From Octopus bimaculoides (taxonomy: Eukaryota), in contig NC_068997.1 of NCBI RefSeq assembly GCF_001194135.2, positions 30,430,741 to 30,494,740 on the forward strand: DNA of 64,000 nucleotides, in the 5' to 3' direction. Below are positions 1 to 12,081 of this stretch, one piece after another. The number at the start of each line of letters is the position of its first letter. Position 1 is the stretch's first letter. The notes under the pieces are model-generated. The model did no database searches, had not been told where the DNA came from, and saw only the letters and a program-made list of their open reading frames with translations. Made by a program: the position numbers and the translations under genes.

Positions 1-856
1 AAGAGAACCCGTAAAACCCAAGAGAGACTTTGCTGTTGATACCTCTTGTGTAGCATCAATTTCAGTGGGGAGGTGTTATTTGGACTGTTAGATATGTAAT
101 TCGTCTGACGTTCCGTGTGTCACTGTGGTTCGTCTGAGTTCATTGTTTCATTGTTGTTGTCTTGTGGGACTGTCGTAGTAAAATGTCATTGAGATATATA
201 TGGCGGACATGACTTTTGTTTATTCATAACGAACATTGGGTGAGTGCGTTCTTTGTATGTAATTGAATAATAAATGTAATAATTAAATTTGTATAACTCG
301 TTGTGTTATCTCTGCGAGTCACCCGAGGGAAATACAACAGTGGTAGATTGTAGTGGAAGACTGCGTTGGTCAGGAGAATTAATTTGTTGCGGTGAAGGTT
401 TGTTTATATTTATTTAAACAAGATGTACTTGCGTTTGGTTAAATGTTTTTGTGAAGAAAAGAAAGAAAAAGAAAAACAAAGAACTCTTGTTAATTGTGAC
501 GTTAAATAGTGGAAAAGAAAATAGAGAACTTTGTTGTTACATGTTTTAAAAGAAAAGAAAAACAAAGAAGCAAAAGAACTTTTAAATGACTCTTGATACA
601 CAAACTTTGCTATGTAAAAATGATTGAAAAACTTTGTAATTGTTTGGAAACTTTGTTGTTAAATGTTATTGAATGTTTTGTTTTGTTTTGAAAAAAAGGT
701 AGTTTGACTACGCAACGTATTGTCTGTGTTATTTCTTCTTTTTGTTGTCATTGTTACGTGCTCCGCGGGCTTAGTGGCTGACATCCTGATTCACTGAACG
801 TCGTCATCGCACGCGCGAGTTTTCTCGCCGAAGGTCTCGCGCAGGCGTTCGTAACA
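1..856 (+). mobile_element. LTR-like repeat, truncated by window edge
   Basis: CpG-rich non-coding segment ending ...gcgttcgtaaca (ACA terminus) at a sharp junction with (TA/TATG)n. Contains AATAAA (~269-274) and an internal TGTTACG (752-758) inverted to CGTAACA (850-856). No ORF, partner LTR or TSD visible. Confidence 0.35.
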
Positions 857-1160
857 ATATGTATGTATCTATGTATGCAAATGAATATTTGCATATGTGG
901 ATGTGTATGTTAAAAATATATATTACATATAAATATATGTATATGTATGCGTCTATGTATAAATATAAAACACTCATACATACATATATAAAATTTGACA
1001 ATAACCTCAACATATTGTATAAGTTGCAATTACTTATGTACTGCTTGGGTAAATAATCTATAATTGAATGGTCTGTCTAAATGCGTTAATAGAATACGAA
1101 AGTCTATGATTTATAATGTATAATATATAGAACATATATAATGTATAGAATATGACATAT
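857..1160. repeat. (TA)/(TATG) low-complexity tract
   Basis: Degenerate TATG/TACA dinucleotide-rich sequence. Confidence 0.75.
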
Positions 1161-1454
1161 AACGTGACCCACACCCTAGGGTGGTCGGGATTTATCCAAT
1201 TTTTTTATGCGTACATTGGTACTTTTACATCGCACTAAAATCAATATTCAAGAACAAACACACATATATGCAGGACACTGTACAAGTAGTTTTAATGTTC
1301 CTTTTAAACAGTATAGCAGGACCATTAGGTAATTCCGTGGTGTATCTTCAAAGAGTGTATCACAGGATGTTTTCAGTTAGGGGAATTTAAGTTATCTAAC
1401 TATTAAGTTTTTTGTAATAGATGTCTTATAATGATATACTGTTCCTATCGTATT

Positions 1455-2100
1455 GTGAAAATGTACGTTTGTTTGTAGGCAAACAACTGATCAATCACTC
1501 CAAAAACCTATTAATAACCCTTTCCTTGATCAACAATATGCATAATGATTCCTTGGAACATAGTTGGAGTTTCCTGGAAAGAGTGTTATATGAATTAGGT
1601 TGTCTCATTATTGACCAAGTCAAGTCTTATTTAATCTTTTCATCTTTCAGTTTACAGACAAAACCTGTCAAAGATGTCGAATATCACATGTTTAATCTTA
1701 CGAAGCTGGCAATGTGGTTTCTATAGTGTTTCATGAAAATGTCTGCAGATGCACCAATGTATGGGCCCCCTCTGGCTTTCACGATGCATTTGTATATTAC
1801 ATTGCAACTCGTACAAAAGTTCTGCAGAGGACATTTTGTTTTATCCATGTATGAGCTTTTGTTACTGTCTGTCGTCTCTCAGTGTGAACTGCCTGTTGCC
1901 TTTGCTCCTATTTTAGGTCCGGGTTCACTGCTTCAGCTCTTGTTATTATTTTTTCCAGATTGGTTGGAAGTGTTCATTGTATTAGTGTGACTATTCCTGA
2001 TGTAGATCCAAGTGACTCTTATATCATAACTGTGGATGACATCAGGTAGCCTAAATGGTGAAAGTGCTTGAATCAGCATACTACTAACCACATGCCCAAG
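1455..2100 (-). mobile_element. Penelope-like element fragment (GIY-YIG endonuclease, C-terminal), decayed
   Basis: Minus-strand translation KCPLQNFCTSCNVIYKCIVKARGGPYIGASADIFMKHYRNHIASF...STSLTGFVCKLKDEKIK*DLTWSIM...LQLCSKE shows the VIY...YIG GIY-YIG pattern of PLEs. In-frame stops. Confidence 0.78.
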
Positions 2101-2129
2101 GTCCAAATACTTACCTTGAGAAGAAGTTT

Positions 2130-2675
2130 CAAGTGTAGAAGCAAGGTCTAGAAACTGAGAAAAAACATTGCAGATGTGTGTGCAGCTCTGAGTAGAAATC
2201 ATTGAATCACCATCTGTGAGTTATCAGAGGATGTGCAGATTAATTGCAGTTCAGTTCAGTCCATTATTACAGAAGATTTGGGTGTGAGTTGCATGCCTGC
2301 CAAATTTGCTTGCAGAACTGCTATCAGCTGACCAGAAAGACACTTGGATTTCAGTTGCACAAGATCTTGATTATGTTAAGAATGATGAAAACATTTTGAA
2401 AACTGTGCATAGGCCTCTCAGCAGGTATTGCCAAGATATTGGCAAAATTTGATGCAGATTCTCCACTCAACTGTCATGGTGAATGCAATGATCACACATT
2501 ACACACCTTCCTTCCAAGCACTGCTGTAAACAGCGGAAGTGAGCTAGAATGTTAAAACTTAACACACATGCAGAGCAGAGTGTAAAGTCAATTGGTGCCA
2601 GGCGGCTTCACTCTGCTTGCCTTAGCTTCGTTACTATGGCAACAGAATGGATACTTATTGATCAGAACATGTATA
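2130..2675 (+). mobile_element. Old mariner/Tc1 remnant (internally deleted)
   Basis: Frameshifted transposase-like ITICELSEDVQINCSSVQSIITEDLG...DQKDT..SVAQDL. Right end tacttattgatcagaacatgta resembles a mariner TIR and is followed by TA. Confidence 0.6.
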
Positions 2676-2734
2676 AACATGTACATGCTACATGTAATGT
2701 GTAATAAATATAAACCACTGATACATATAAACTA

Positions 2735-3967
2735 TTAGGTTGTCTGGAAAGTTCTGAACATTTTTAAGCTAAATGTTTTAATGCTTCATTGAACATGCCT
2801 GAAACGTAACACAATTAAAACATAGGCATTTCTTGAAGTGGTAGTACATCTTTTCTTTGATCCTGACTAAAAATAGTTATATTTCATTCTGGTTACCTTT
2901 TATTGACATTTGAAATGAATAACCAAAAATTTCATATTTGCGTTGTAATGCTAGTCTTTTTTTAAAGAAAGGAGAAAATGCTGCAAAGGCTTGCAAAAAC
3001 ATTTATGAAGTTTATGGTGATGATGCTGTAGGTGAATCAACTGTTCAAAGGCAGATTGCAAAATTTAAAGCTGGTGAGTTTAGCTTGGGAGATGACAGTC
3101 ACAGTGGAAGACCTTCAAAATTGGATGAAGATGTTTTGAAGGCAAAAATAACTAGAGAATTAACAGAGGAGTTGTAAATTTCTAAAAGTATGGCTCATGA
3201 ACACCCAATGAAGCTAAGATAGATTTCTTGCTATAATATATTGGTCCCTCACAAACTCTCAGAAAAGATTTGCATGGACCAGTATTCTTTTGGTGATATT
3301 CTTTAGAAATGGAATAACAACATGGTTTCTTTGAAACAGCTTGTAACTGGAGATGAGAAATGGATTGCCTATGAAAATGTAGTGCGAAGAAGATCCTGTA
3401 GTTTGCATAAGGATACCTCAAAACAGCAACCAAAGACAAAAAAACTATGCTTGTGTTTAGTGGGATCATAAAGGCATTATCTATTATGAGCGTCTCTCAC
3501 AAAACCAGACCATTAATTCTGATGCGTACTGATGTCAGCTGGTTAATTTGAACCCCAAAAGTCAAAGAGGTTGCCAACAAGAAAGGGATTCCAACAAAAC
3601 AATACCTGACCACATGTGTCTTTGGCTACCCAAATAGAATTACATGAACTTAGCTGGGATCGCTTACCCCATCCACCATATTATACTGATATTGTGCCAT
3701 TTTGCTACAACTTGGTTTTGTCTCTGCAGAACTCATTGAAGGAAAAACATTTAACAATTTAGATGGTGTCTAAATGCATCTAGGTAACTTTTTACTTCTA
3801 ATCCAGTAAAATTTATGTTGATGGAATTTTTAAATTGCCTGATAGATGGGCAAAAATCATTAAAAATAATGAAAATTATTTTATTAAATAGAATGTTTTG
3901 AAAGGTCAGCTATTTATATCCCTTTTTGCATATTAAAAAATCACTCAGAACTTTCCAGGCAACCTAA
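2735..3967 (+). mobile_element. Mariner DNA transposon, full length, inactivated
   Basis: 23-bp TIRs ttaggttgtctggaaagttctga / tcagaactttccaggcaacctaa (1 mismatch) and TA TSDs at 2733-2734 and 3968-3969. Transposase pieces AAKACKNIYEVYGDDAVGESTVQR...HSGRPSKLDEDVL, TGDEKWIAYENVVRRRS, HPPYYTDIVP. Multiple frameshifts. Confidence 0.92.
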
Positions 3968-3996
3968 TATATGATTCATATAAGCTATATACATTT

Positions 3997-4087
3997 AAAG
4001 TATATATGTAACTGAAATCATAAAAAGTATATATGTAACTGAAATCATAAAAAGTATATATGTAACTGAAATCATAAAAAAGTATAT
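3997..4087. repeat. 27-bp tandem repeat x3
   Basis: aaagtatatatgtaactgaaatcataa repeated; anchor G at 4000, 4027, 4054, 4082. Confidence 0.9.
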
Positions 4088-4094
4088 TATGTGG

Positions 4095-5190
4095 TATATG
4101 TTGTGTTCGAGGGAATCTGATCAAGCTCAGCCAAAGTCAGTAGTGGTGTCCCACGAAGTACTGTGTTGAGCCCACTCCTCTTCATTACCTACATCAATGA
4201 CATAGTAGACATCTACATTGAAAATCTTTGTAGATGATTCCAAACTCCAGAAGACCATAAATGGTATGGGAGACCAAACATACCTTCAGTTGAATCTGTT
4301 TGCTGTTGTCCAATGGGTCGAAAAGAACAATATGCTTCTAAATGAAGATAAGTTTAATTTGATCCACTTTTGAAAAAAGGATACTATGAAACTACCATAT
4401 GACCTTCCCTCAGGCGACTCCCTAGTGTCATCCAACAACACCAGAGACCTTGGAGTAATTGTTGATTACAATCTAAGCTGGAGTTCCCACATAAACAACA
4501 AGGTTGACTTGGCCTGCAAGATGTGCTCCTGGATTCTGAGAACTTTCTGGTCTAGGAATGTCCACACAATCATCCTTCTCTACTCTAGTTTTGTCCAATC
4601 CCACCTTGAATACTGTTTCCCACTGTGGTCTCTTCATACGAAGCAACTCATTAAGAAAGTGGAAGCACTCCAGAGGTCAATAACAAGAAAGATAGATTAC
4701 ATGACAGGCATTGACTATTGGGGAGGAGTAAAAAAACTCAATCTCTACTCTCTCCAATGCTGCCAGGAGTGCTACATGATTTGTGTGATGTGGAAAATAT
4801 TCCATCAATATTGCTCAAACGATGTAGGCATCAATTTCAAAATCCACCCAAGACTTGGCCCACATGTTATCTGCCCACCACAAAACTCGAACTTAGGACA
4901 CATAACAACATTATGACACAACTACTTTATCTCAACTGGTCCAGCTCTCTTTAATACCATACCAAAATATATCAAAATGGAAATGAATCCCATAAAATTC
5001 AAAACTTCACAGGACAAATTTCTTCAAAAAATCCCAGACCAACCTCCTACACTCAGATATGGCCCCAATAATAATAACTCTTTACTAGTGTGGGCTATCA
5101 TACCCCATATATGACTAAACAGCTTTACCAAGTAGTGCTATTAAGTTAGACATGGCCTGGGCCTATATTGGCCAAAAGTTATCAAAGTTA
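4095..5190 (+). mobile_element. CR1/L2-group LINE, 5'-truncated RT C-terminal part
   Basis: Degraded GVP.G..L.PLLFITYINDI, then NNTRDLGVIVDYNLSWSSHINNKV...HLEYCFPLWS...KVEALQRSITRKI (ORF 4386-4916). Confidence 0.85.
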
Positions 5191-5251
5191 TAATATACAA
5201 ATGACACACATAAGCTTTATCATATATGAGAAGATAGTTTTAATTACCTAC

Positions 5252-5477
5252 CTTCCAAATGTTGTTCGTTTTATTTATTTTTCCCATCCAAATTTTGGTC
5301 AAAAGAGACTGACAGGCATCATGAGCCATAAAATTTTCATTGTTAACATTAAATGCTATTTGCATATATGAAGAATTGTCCCATGTTTTCTGCTGTAGCA
5401 GCAGTAAATCTAATGTCTGTTTTTCATCTGCATGCAAGCATTCATCCAAAATTCCAATGGCATGGTTTTCATAAAAT
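5252..5477 (-). CDS. TRPM: TRPM channel exon (MHR4/pre-S1)
   Basis: ttttag|A...AAG|gtaggt; 226 nt, phase 2 to 0. (E)FYENHAIGILDECLHADEKQTLDLLLLQQKTWDNSSYMQIAFNVNNENFMAHDACQSLLTKIWMGKINKTNNIWK matches the TRPM A.gil.eC...de...L...W....l.lA....F.aH..cQ.lL..iW.G motif. Confidence 0.93.
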
Positions 5478-5632
5478 CTAAAATTAATAGAAAATAGGTA
5501 ATTGACACAACTAATATTAACATTAATATTGATTGATTGAAGAAAGACTCAAATACATACTAAGCTGCCATTATAATTTTTCATCTTTAAATGAAATAGC
5601 ATATGCATACATACATATTTATATATACTCAC

Positions 5633-5733
5633 TCAGCCTGTTCTTGAAGTTGCATACTTGTACCATAATCTTTACACTTTTCTTGTAGTGATTTGACCAA
5701 ATTATTCGCAATTAGAGCAGATGGTAAAGCACC
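5633..5733 (-). CDS. TRPM: TRPM channel exon (MHR4)
   Basis: ttttactag|GGT...GA|gtgagt; 101 nt, phase 0 to 2. GALPSALIANNLVKSLQEKCKDYGTSMQLQEQA; phases match both neighbouring exons. Confidence 0.88.
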
Positions 5734-7249
5734 CTAGTAAAATGACAATTGTATCAAAATACTAAATGTGAGCACATTTAATCGCAATATACATAAGATA
5801 GATTAAATTAAGAGACACAAGAAAATATTTAAAAAATATTTTACTATCTATTCACTAATTATAGCTTTTAACATTCCATACTGTATGTGTTTGTTCTGTA
5901 TTTGCCCAATACTGGTATTAAGAGAGACGATTTTTAGAAATAGCACTTTGTTGTATTCAGTTTCAATTTCTGCCAAAGTTTCATATGCTCAAAGTCATAC
6001 CATACCATTGCAAATGAATAGCCTTGTGCTTGTATAAAAAATACTGGTAAATTTACTTAACCTTGATCAATATGACTTAATTTGTGAAAAGACATCAATA
6101 TTTTCTGCCACCTAATTTTTTAATTTTAGTAATATAGTTTAAAAGGATTAATAGTTAAACAATAGAAGAACTGCATATAGCTGAGTCAATAAAATGTCAG
6201 GACAGCAGCTGAAAAATTGTTAGTGGTCAAAGGCTTGACTGTTTCCGTGTTCACTTTAATCTAAATGTAAATAAACGTACAATGGTGGAGTTAAGTATGT
6301 TGTAATCTTGGAGTTCTGTGTTTAACTCCTCCTTTGAGACTGAAGAATTTAATGAGGTGTCAGTCCAATGTTTCAACCTCATAAAAGAGTTCTGATTACC
6401 TCTGTAAATCTCAATTTTATTATTGTTCTGCTTACAGACGACAAGTGATGTCTGATATCTAATAATCACTCCTACATTAAATTAAGCTAATATCCTTTAA
6501 TAACTGCCATCCTTAGCTCTTTAAATGCAGGGAAGAACAAAGCAGTAGTAGTAGCAGTTAGATAATGTATGCATACTTATAAGTGTTAGTAAATGAACTT
6601 AGTTACTCTGTATATCTATGCTTGTTGTATTAACAAAAAAATTAGGATCTCATTTGCCACTTAAGTCAATAAAGAAATTAGATCTTCGATAAGTACAAAT
6701 TCTTGTTGAAAGAAGAGGTGTATATTAAATTTAATTTAACTTATACATAACAAATATTTGTTTTATCAACCTTAGTCAAATGGAATGCAAAGTAGAACTT
6801 CAAATTTGAAATGGACAAGGATTTAACTAGAAATTATAATAAATGTTATTCAGTGGTCAACTGACTTGGCCATCTTCTCTTACAGTATTTTCTCCTTAAA
6901 AAATGACATAAACTAGAAACTATTGAGTTTGGTGTTATACTATCTTGGTGATCTCAACTGTCTTTGAAACAACTTCTGTCTAAAGAAGAAACTGCTTGAA
7001 ATGTAAGTTATCTAACAGGTACCTTACTAGCTTCAACATCTCAGCTATCTTTCCAATAATTTCTTCCAAAGGAAGAAGCTTCCTTGACTGAGCAGTATGT
7101 AGTCTGGTGTTCTCTCAAAATAATAAATATTCAAATTAAAATTTTATGCTGTACTGTGATCCAGTAATTCCTCAGAAGAAAAGAATTAGGGCAACAAGGT
7201 AGCAGGAATGGTAAGGTGCCAAGCTAAATGTTTTACAATATTTTAGCTT

Positions 7250-8465
7250 CATTACTCTCACTCAGAGTAAAAGGCAGACTGTATGACGCATGTGTACGAA
7301 CAACCATGCTACATGGCAGTGAAACATGGGCTGTGACTGCTGAGGACATGCGTAAGCTCGCAAGGAATGAAGCCAGTATGCTCCGCTGGATGTGTAATGT
7401 CAATGTGCATACCCGTCAGAGTGTAAGTATCTTGAGAGAAAAGCTGAGCATAAGAAGCATCAGTTGTGGTGTGCAAGAGAGACGATTGCGCTGGTATGGA
7501 CATGTGGTGAGAATGGATGAGGATAGCTGCGTGAAAAAGTGCCACACCCTAACAGTTGAGGGAACCCGTGGAAGAGGTANNNNNNNNNNNNNNNNNNNNN
7601 NNNNNNNNNNNNNNNNNNNNNNNNNNNNNNNNNNNNNNNNNNNNNNNNNNNNNNNNNNNNNNNNNNNNNNNNNNNNNNNNNNNNNNNNNNNNNNNNNNNN
7701 NNNNNNNNNNNNNNNNNNNNNNNNNNNNNNNNNNNNNNNNNNNNNNNNNNNNNNNNNNNNNNNNNNNNNNNNNNNNNNNNNNNNNNNNNNNNNNNNNNNN
7801 NNNNNNNNNNNNNNNNNNNNNNNNNNNNNNNNNNNNNNNNNNNNNNNNNNNNNNNNNNNNNNNNNNNNNNNNNNNNNNNNNNNNNNNNNNNNNNNNNNNN
7901 NNNNNNNNNNNNNNNNNNNNNNNNNNNNNNNNNNNNNNNNNNNNNNNNNNNNNNNNNNNNNNNNNNNNNNNNNNNNNNNNNNNNNNNNNNNNNNNNNNNN
8001 NNNNNNNNNNNNNNNNNNNNNNNNNNNNNNNNNNNNNNNNNNNNNNNNNNNNNNNNNNNNNNNNNNNNNNNNNNNNNNNNNNNNNNNNNNNNNNNNNNNN
8101 NNNNNNNNNNNNNNNGAGCGTGACCGTTGCCAGTACCGCTTAACTGGCCTTCGTAAGGTTTTCGAGCGAGATCGTTGCCAGTGCCCCTGGACTGGCTCTT
8201 GTGCAGGTTGCACATAAAAGACACCATTTTCGAGCGTGGCCGTTGCCAGTACCGCCTGACTGGCCTTCGTGCAGGTGACACGTAAAAGCACCCACTACAC
8301 TCTCTGAGTGGTTGGCGTTAGGAAGGGCATCCAGCTGTAGAAACTCTGCCAAATTAGATTGGAGCCTAGTGTTGCCATCCGGTTTCACCAGTCCTCAGTC
8401 AAATCGTCCAACCCATGCTAGCATGGAAAGCGGACGTTAAACGATGATGATGATGATGATGATGA
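7250..8465 (+). mobile_element. RTE-clade LINE 3' fragment spanning an N-gap, (GAT)n tail
   Basis: LSLRVKGRLYDACVRTTMLHGSETWAVTAEDMRKLARNEASMLRWMC...RRLRWYGHV. After the gap comes the 3' UTR with subrepeats and aggaagggcatccagctgtagaaa, ending gttaaac(gat)n. Confidence 0.9.
7580..8115. other. Assembly gap (others: 10508-10659, 18653-18719, 37070-37079, 41822-41888, 50493-50870, 58124-58952)
   Basis: N runs. Confidence 1.
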
Positions 8466-8637
8466 TTACTTTACAGTTTGTGTTGAAGAACCATTAAGGT
8501 TGACTTTACTCCTAATAAATTAAATATCAGTAAGGCTCACATGGATGGTTAAGTGACTATACCTATTCTCTGAAAATATATGCCCTCTGTCTTGATAAAT
8601 AAGTTATTTATGCAGCTCTTACAACAATGTAACTTAC

Positions 8638-8726
8638 CATGCCTTCTTTCCAAAATAGAAAAGCCATTTCTTTTCTGTTAAAAAATAATGCCCATAGGAA
8701 CAATTTTGTTGCAAAGGAAAGATTAG
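8638..8726 (-). CDS. TRPM: TRPM channel exon (MHR4 start)
   Basis: tttcctatttcag|CT...ATG|gtaagt; 89 nt, phase 1 to 0. NLSFATKLFLWALFFNRKEMAFLFWKEGM matches the TRPM Lf.WA..NR.eMA..FW..G motif. Confidence 0.92.
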
Positions 8727-8990
8727 CTGAAATAGGAAACAGTCAAGTAAAACATGTGATACAATTAGTTCAGATGCTAAGAAAAAAACCCCCCCAGAAA
8801 ACTGAAGGAAATTGGTACAGTCGTTATCAGACTAAAGTTTTCTTCACTGTTCTGATATTTTCCAAATTCGGCAATTTTCTGGAATCATCGAATGCAAAAC
8901 AAAATGAAAAAATCTGGAAAATCAACTTCAGAAATATTCGACTTAATTATTATGATCATGTTCTACAATTTCTGTGAAGTCAATGCATTA

Positions 8991-9180
8991 ATATTGATCT
9001 CAAATTTTGGCACAATGCCAGCAATTTCGTGGGGACAGGATAAATCAATTACATCAATCTCAGTGATCAACAGGGACTTATTTTATCAGCCCAAAAGGAT
9101 GAAAGGCAAAGTCAACCTCAGTGGAAATGCTACTAAGCATTTTGCCAAGCATACTAACAACTATGCCTGCTTGCCTCTTT
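8991..9180 (-). mobile_element. tRNA-derived SINE (family 1) with perfect 14-bp TSD
   Basis: Central box gaggttgactttgcctttcatcctttt on minus; TSD aagtcaatgcatta at 8977-8990 and 9181-9194. Confidence 0.85.
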
Positions 9181-9510
9181 AAGTCAATGCATTACTATTA
9201 ATAATAAACACTATTTATTAGATTATTACAATCTTTGAGTAGAGGAGACAGCCAATTGAATTGACTCAATTAAAAAGAAAAACAAAGATGATGCCAGAAT
9301 GATATGAAATAGGAGCAATGTTAAATGCCACAAGGTATTCACTCTAGTATAGGGATGATCCTACCACTCTACCCTTACAGGAAAACAAATGGATAATGTG
9401 ATGTTCATACAAAAATGTGTCATAGAGTTTAATGGCCTCAATCAAATTTTGAAATAGCACCACCATTTTACTCACTGCAGTTTTACTCCTTTTTCCACAG
9501 TACCTTCCAT

Positions 9511-9731
9511 AATAATAATCCTTTCTACTATAGGCACAAGGCCTGAAATTTGTGGGGAGGAGGATAGTTCATTACATCGACCCCAGTATTTGACTGGTAC
9601 TTAATTCATTGACCCTGAAAGGATGAAAAGCAAAGTTGACCTCAGTGGAATTTGAACTCAGAATGTGAAGACAGACAACATACTGCTAAGCATTTAACTC
9701 AGCATGCTAATGATCCTGCCAGCTCACTGCC
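9511..9731 (-). mobile_element. tRNA-derived SINE (family 1)
   Basis: A-box-like tggcaggatcattag, B-box gagttcaaattcc, central gactttgcttttcatcctttc, (ATT)n tail. Confidence 0.88.
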
Positions 9732-9760
9732 TTGATAATGATAATAATAATAATAATAAT

Positions 9761-11440
9761 AAGCTGGAAACACTACTACAGACAGTACATGGATTTACCA
9801 AAGAAATAGAAATGAAATTTGGCTTAGAAAAATGTGCCAAAGCAACCTTGAAAAGAGGAAAACTAGTTAAGAGTAGCAACATCACACTAGATAAGGCCAA
9901 TAAAATAAGAGAATTAGACCAAAGCCGGACAACACACAAATGAAAGAGAAAATAAAGAAAGAATACTATAGACGAGATAGATCAATACTGAAAACAGAGC
10001 TCAATGCTAAAAACAAGATAATAGGTATTAACACTTTAGCTGTCCCAGTTATAAGTTACAGCTACAATATCCTTAACTGGACACTAAATGAACTAACGAA
10101 AATAGACAGGAAAACGAGAAAAATAATGATAGGATCTAAGATGCACCACCCAAAATCTGACATAGAAAGGCTATATATACAACGTATAGAACATGGTAGA
10201 GGTCTTATACAGCTGGAAAACTATTAAAAAATAACCACCATAGGACTACAAAAATACCTACTCCAGAAGCAAGGAAAACTAATACAAATAGTCACAAAAC
10301 ATGAGTAAAACAAAAAACTGTTTGCAGTATCTAAGGAAGCCGACAAATACAAACAAGAAATCATACTACCTAACAAATATGAAGAAGAAGAAGAAGAAGA
10401 AACAACAAAAGCTATAAAACAAATGAAATCCAAACTAAAACTAGAACAGCAACGGACCATGATAAAACGATGGCGAGAAAAGCCCCTTCATGGCAAATAC
10501 TGGGCTANNNNNNNNNNNNNNNNNNNNNNNNNNNNNNNNNNNNNNNNNNNNNNNNNNNNNNNNNNNNNNNNNNNNNNNNNNNNNNNNNNNNNNNNNNNNN
10601 NNNNNNNNNNNNNNNNNNNNNNNNNNNNNNNNNNNNNNNNNNNNNNNNNNNNNNNNNNNTGAGAAGCTCAGGACTCAAAGCAGAGACTGAAGGATTTTTA
10701 ATTGCAGCACAAGACCAAAGCCTCCCCCCCAGAAATTACCAAAAACATATAATGAAAAGAAACATAACAAGTAACTGCAGAATATATGGTGATGGACAAA
10801 AAACAATAAATCATATTATCTCTGGCTGCCCAGTCCTGGCTAAGAAGGAATATATTCTCAGACACGACAGAGCTGGGACCTAGATACGCTGGAAGCTATG
10901 CCAACACTATGGAATAACAACAGAAAAAAGATGGTATAGGCACACACCAGAAAAGGTCACACAAAACGAGAAAGCAACCATACTCTGGGATATTCCAATA
11001 CACACAGATAGAGAAATTTAGGCCAACAGACCAGATATAGTTGTCAGAAATCATGAAGTAAAAAATGCTTTCTAATTATGTATCAATAGCAGCAGATGAC
11101 AACATTTCCCTAAAAGAAATGGAGAAACTTTCAAAATACAAAAACCTGGAAACAGAGGTAACTCGAATGTGGAACCTAAAAGCAGAAACATTTCCAATCA
11201 TAGTAGGCGCCTTGGGTATGATAAAAAAATATTCAGACAAATACATAACAAAAACACCTGGACTTACAAATATATATAACATACAGAAAATTTCACTACT
11301 GGGCACTGCACACATCCTACACAAAACACTTTCAATACAGTAACCATAAGAGCATCACAGCAAACCACAGCACATACCCAAGGCACACAGAGCTGCACTC
11401 GGTAGTGAAGTGAAAGCCCGCTATAAAAATAAGACTACTG
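9761..11440 (+). mobile_element. R4/Dong-like LINE (family A), 5'-truncated, with restriction-like endonuclease
   Basis: MKFGLEKCAK, KTELNAKNKIIGINTLAVPVISYSY, SSGLKAETEGFLIAAQDQSL..RNYQK...CRI...TINHIISGCPVLAKKEYILRHD, ANRPDIVV. (TAA)n on both sides. Confidence 0.9.
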
Positions 11441-11672
11441 AATAATAATAATAATAATAATCCTTTCTACTCTAGGCACAAGGCTTGAAATTTGGCAGGA
11501 GGAGACTAGTTGATTACATTGACCCCAGTGTTTCACTGGTACTTAATTTATTGATCCCAAAATAATGAAAGGCAAAGTTGATCTTGGTGGAATTTGAACT
11601 CAGAATATAATGGCAGGCAAAATTCTGCTAAGCATTTTGTCCAACATGCTAACGATTTTGCCAGCTTACTGC
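11441..11672 (-). mobile_element. tRNA-derived SINE (family 1); tail abuts Dong 3' end
   Basis: Same head, central box and (ATT)n tail as the other family 1 copies. Confidence 0.85.
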
Positions 11673-11782
11673 CAACAACAACAACGACGATGATGATGAT
11701 GATGATGGTGATGGTGATGATGATGATGATGATGGTGATGGTGATGATGATGATGATGATGATGATGATGGCGGCGGCGGCG
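11673..11782. repeat. Compound (CAA)(GAT/GGT)(GGC)n microsatellite
   Basis: Direct reading. Confidence 0.9.
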
Positions 11783-12081
11783 GCACTCAGAGAGTGCAAA
11801 TGAGAATATCTGAAATAAACTCGACTGCTCTCACAAATGAGAATACTAAAAATGAACCCGGTCGCTCTCAAAATTTAAGTGAAATAACAGGAAAAATGAT
11901 TCAGAGTCCTTGTCTGGTACTGGATCAATCCCAAAATCTATTCAGTTTGTGCCAGTCACAAGGTCAAACATCCTTGAAAGTTTCATTTGAATCCATCCAG
12001 CGGTTCTGGAGATATCCTGTCCACGGAAAAACAAAAAGCACAACTGAAACAATACCTCCACCTTCGCTAAGGCGGAAGTAA
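11783..12081 (-). mobile_element. Putative non-autonomous Helentron-associated (HINE/DINE-like) element
   Basis: One end ttacttccgccttagcgaaggtggaggtattg; the other a short hairpin gcactc-aga-gagtgc (11783-11797). No ORF. Family assignment rests on recognised end architecture. Confidence 0.5.

Noticed and set aside
1180-1450. Expected hammerhead downstream of the PLE fragments at 1455 and 20960
   Set aside because: No recognisable TCATCAG/TTTC pair on the plus strand; absent or decayed.
6251-6469. ORF ending EELNTELQDYN as a candidate TRPM exon
   Set aside because: No GT donor at a suitable position, and exons 8638 and 5733 already join in phase with continuous homology.
6970-7120. Open minus frame RKLLPLEEIIGKIAEMLKL with nearby GT sites
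   Set aside because: No TRPM similarity and not needed for frame continuity.
7228-8291. Long ORFs in the track (also 50140-51121 and 57859-59178)
   Set aside because: Their length comes from translating N-gaps as X; the flanking residues are TE fragments.
11548-11871. Poly-I/poly-M/poly-Y/poly-L ORFs (also 47612, 62808, 63727)
   Set aside because: Translations of trinucleotide microsatellites.
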